This document shows, one piece after another, positions 63,492 to 64,000 of a stretch of 64,000 nucleotides of DNA. The DNA is from Escherichia coli (GTDB taxonomy: Bacteria; Pseudomonadota; Gammaproteobacteria; Enterobacterales; Enterobacteriaceae), in the NCBI RefSeq assembly GCF_009931435.1, contig NZ_CP043414.1; one strand, 5' to 3'. The notes below the pieces were generated by a model. It was given only the letters and a program-made list of their open reading frames with translations, ran no database searches and had not been told where the DNA came from. Position 1 is the stretch's first letter, and each line of letters starts with the position of its first letter. A program made the translations under genes and the position numbers.

Positions 63492-64000
63492 TTAATACTC
63501 TGAAGGCAAACGGTTGATAGCAACCAGTTTGCCTTTATTCATTTCGATATAGCCGCCTTTACGTAAAGCAGCGAGAACTTCTGCGACGACAGAACGCGAT
63601 ATGCGTGTACGTTGATGGATATAATTCATCACACCAATACGTGAGCGTAATTCTTCATTCCAGTCAATCATTGATAATAACGTTGCGCGGATTTGTTCGT
63701 AGGAATTATGTCCAATGAGCTGCACATCGCGTAATTCCAGAATTCTATTTTGCCAGGCTAACCAGTAAAAAGCGTCTCGCCAGAGTTGATTTTGTTCAAT
63801 AAGCGTAATGGTTTGTTTGGCTGGCAGATGATATCCCGTACAATTTCCTTCTGATATTAATTTGTATGGTATATCGTTTTTCATCAACCCATCAGCCAGC
63901 CCCATAATAAAAGGTGCCAGGGTAATACCGATAAGTACGTTTTCTTCTCTACGCAGAGATATAATGCCTTCTAAAATAACGAAAGTATCTTCGCTATTGA
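63492..64000 (-). CDS. yaiV: Crp/Fnr-like putative regulator YaiV, 3' part (start lies outside the window)
   Basis: Track ORF 63492..63905; my hand translation shows the frame stays open to the window edge (...SEDTFVILEGIISLRREENVLIGITLAPFIM-GLADGL...); C-terminal HTH RISRSVVAEVLAALRKGGYI. Confidence 0.7.
   Translation of the reverse strand, partial: NSEDTFVILEGIISLRREENVLIGITLAPFIMGLADGLMKNDIPYKLISEGNCTGYHLPAKQTITLIEQNQLWRDAFYWLAWQNRILELRDVQLIGHNSYEQIRATLLSMIDWNEELRSRIGVMNYIHQRTRISRSVVAEVLAALRKGGYIEMNKGKLVAINRLPSEY

Overview
This window is a stretch of Escherichia coli-type chromosome running from the 3' end of yajG through ampG, cyoABCDE, yajR, the thiI/dxs/ribD/secDF/tgt/queA block, malZ-proY-brnQ, phoBR, sbcDC, araJ-mak-rdgC, aroLM, proC, phoA and ddlA to ampH and the 3' part of yaiV. 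Gene order and protein sequences match the K-12 map as I recall it, read in reverse orientation; no database search was possible. About 60 core CDS were called from the six-frame track, with starts re-set by codon offset where the track used an upstream in-frame start. Coordinates of hand-located hairpins and repeats may be off by 1-2 nt. Two AT-rich accessory insertions stand out against this conserved backbone. The first (about 7.18-9.55 kb, between cyoE and yajR) carries an overlapping ribbon-helix-helix (DUF1778-like) antitoxin and GNAT acetyltransferase toxin pair of the TacT/AtaT type, plus a convergent secreted Sel1-repeat protein. The second (about 47.1-49.9 kb, between rdgC and ppnP) carries a two-gene minus-strand operon: a 762-aa signal-peptide protein with no family I can assign, followed by a 151-aa partner with a 4-nt overlap. 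Neither insertion has an integrase, transposase or tRNA. Other features are an ERIC element between dxs and yajO, REP clusters at several gene junctions, Pho boxes at phoB and phoA, and a TyrR box upstream of aroL. No rRNA, tRNA, CRISPR array or IS element was seen.
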